Positions 37,821 to 38,105 of a DNA stretch of 38,105 bases are shown here, in pieces. Source of the DNA: Ferrovibrio sp. (lineage in GTDB: Bacteria; Pseudomonadota; Alphaproteobacteria; Ferrovibrionales; Ferrovibrionaceae); assembly GCA_041914045.1 (NCBI GenBank), contig JAYSEE010000001.1, forward strand, positions 7,561-45,665. Reading direction: 5' to 3'. The number at the start of each line of letters is the position of its first letter. Positions within the stretch are counted from its first letter, which is position 1. The notes under the pieces are model-generated. The model was given only the letters and a program-made list of their open reading frames with translations, was not told where the DNA came from and made no database searches. The position numbers were made by a program, and so were the translations under genes.

Positions 37821-38105
37821 CGGCGAGAAAGCCTTTGAGGAAAAGCCGGGCCATCCGGTCGCATAACTCATTCGGCTTCAATGCCCCGCCGGGCCGGTAC
37901 CACATGTCGGTCCAGTTCAGCATGCCGATGAGCATCATCGTATAGGGCTTATAGGCCTCTTCGGGCAGATCCGGATTGAGCTTGCGCAGAAGTTGCGCGA
38001 CCAGATCGGTCAGGCGGCGCTGCAATTCGATCAGCGGGGCCTGCTTGTTCTTGGGCAGGTATTTCACATCCTGCATCGCCACCATATGCCGGCGGCGGGA
38101 TTGGG
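37810..38105 (-). CDS. Second TetR-family regulator, C-terminal part only (5' end outside the window)
   Basis: MQDVKYLPK...PYTMMLIGMLNWTDMWYRPGGALKPNEL aligns with MNDLKYLPK...PYALLLFGMMIWTFTWYKRSGPIAPKEL of the 29032-29646 TetR. Confidence 0.85.
   Translation of the reverse strand, partial: QSRRRHMVAMQDVKYLPKNKQAPLIELQRRLTDLVAQLLRKLNPDLPEEAYKPYTMMLIGMLNWTDMWYRPGGALKPNELCDRMARLFLKGFLAEKG

Overview
High-GC, probably alphaproteobacterial chromosomal window (an Irr/ICE box supports this) made almost entirely of catabolic genes. No mobile element, CRISPR array, tRNA or rRNA was seen. It has three blocks. (1) 1-2980: the 3' end of a NicD-like N-formylmaleamate deformylase, then catalase-peroxidase katG with an ICE box and a terminator. 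(2) 2996-19216: an amino-acid/amide catabolic island of three operons (AruH-like transaminase, DauA-like FAD dehydrogenase, MlrC/M81 and M14 peptidases, DSD1 PLP enzyme and class I GATase; a Pot-type ABC transporter with an embedded amidase; an FAD oxidase and a beta-amino-acid transaminase). Each operon is preceded by a copy of the same ungapped ~43-bp LysR-type operator/promoter, and the LysR gene lies in the island. (3) 19319-38105: an apparently CoA-dependent aromatic/alicyclic acid catabolic island. It holds Rieske oxygenase alpha/beta subunits, a putidaredoxin-type ferredoxin and reductase, a PaaG-type crotonase, a BadH-like SDR, an HSL esterase, an HMG-CoA-synthase-like/DUF35 fusion lacking the catalytic Cys plus an SCP2-type thiolase, a CrtI-like flavoprotein, a Liv-type ABC transporter with an embedded acyl-CoA ligase, a quinone reductase and two paralogous TetRs. 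Four copies of an ACCGAC-N2-GTCGGT operator link this block, and no ring-cleavage dioxygenase is in the window. The substrates of both islands cannot be read from sequence. All family assignments come from motif recognition, not database searches.
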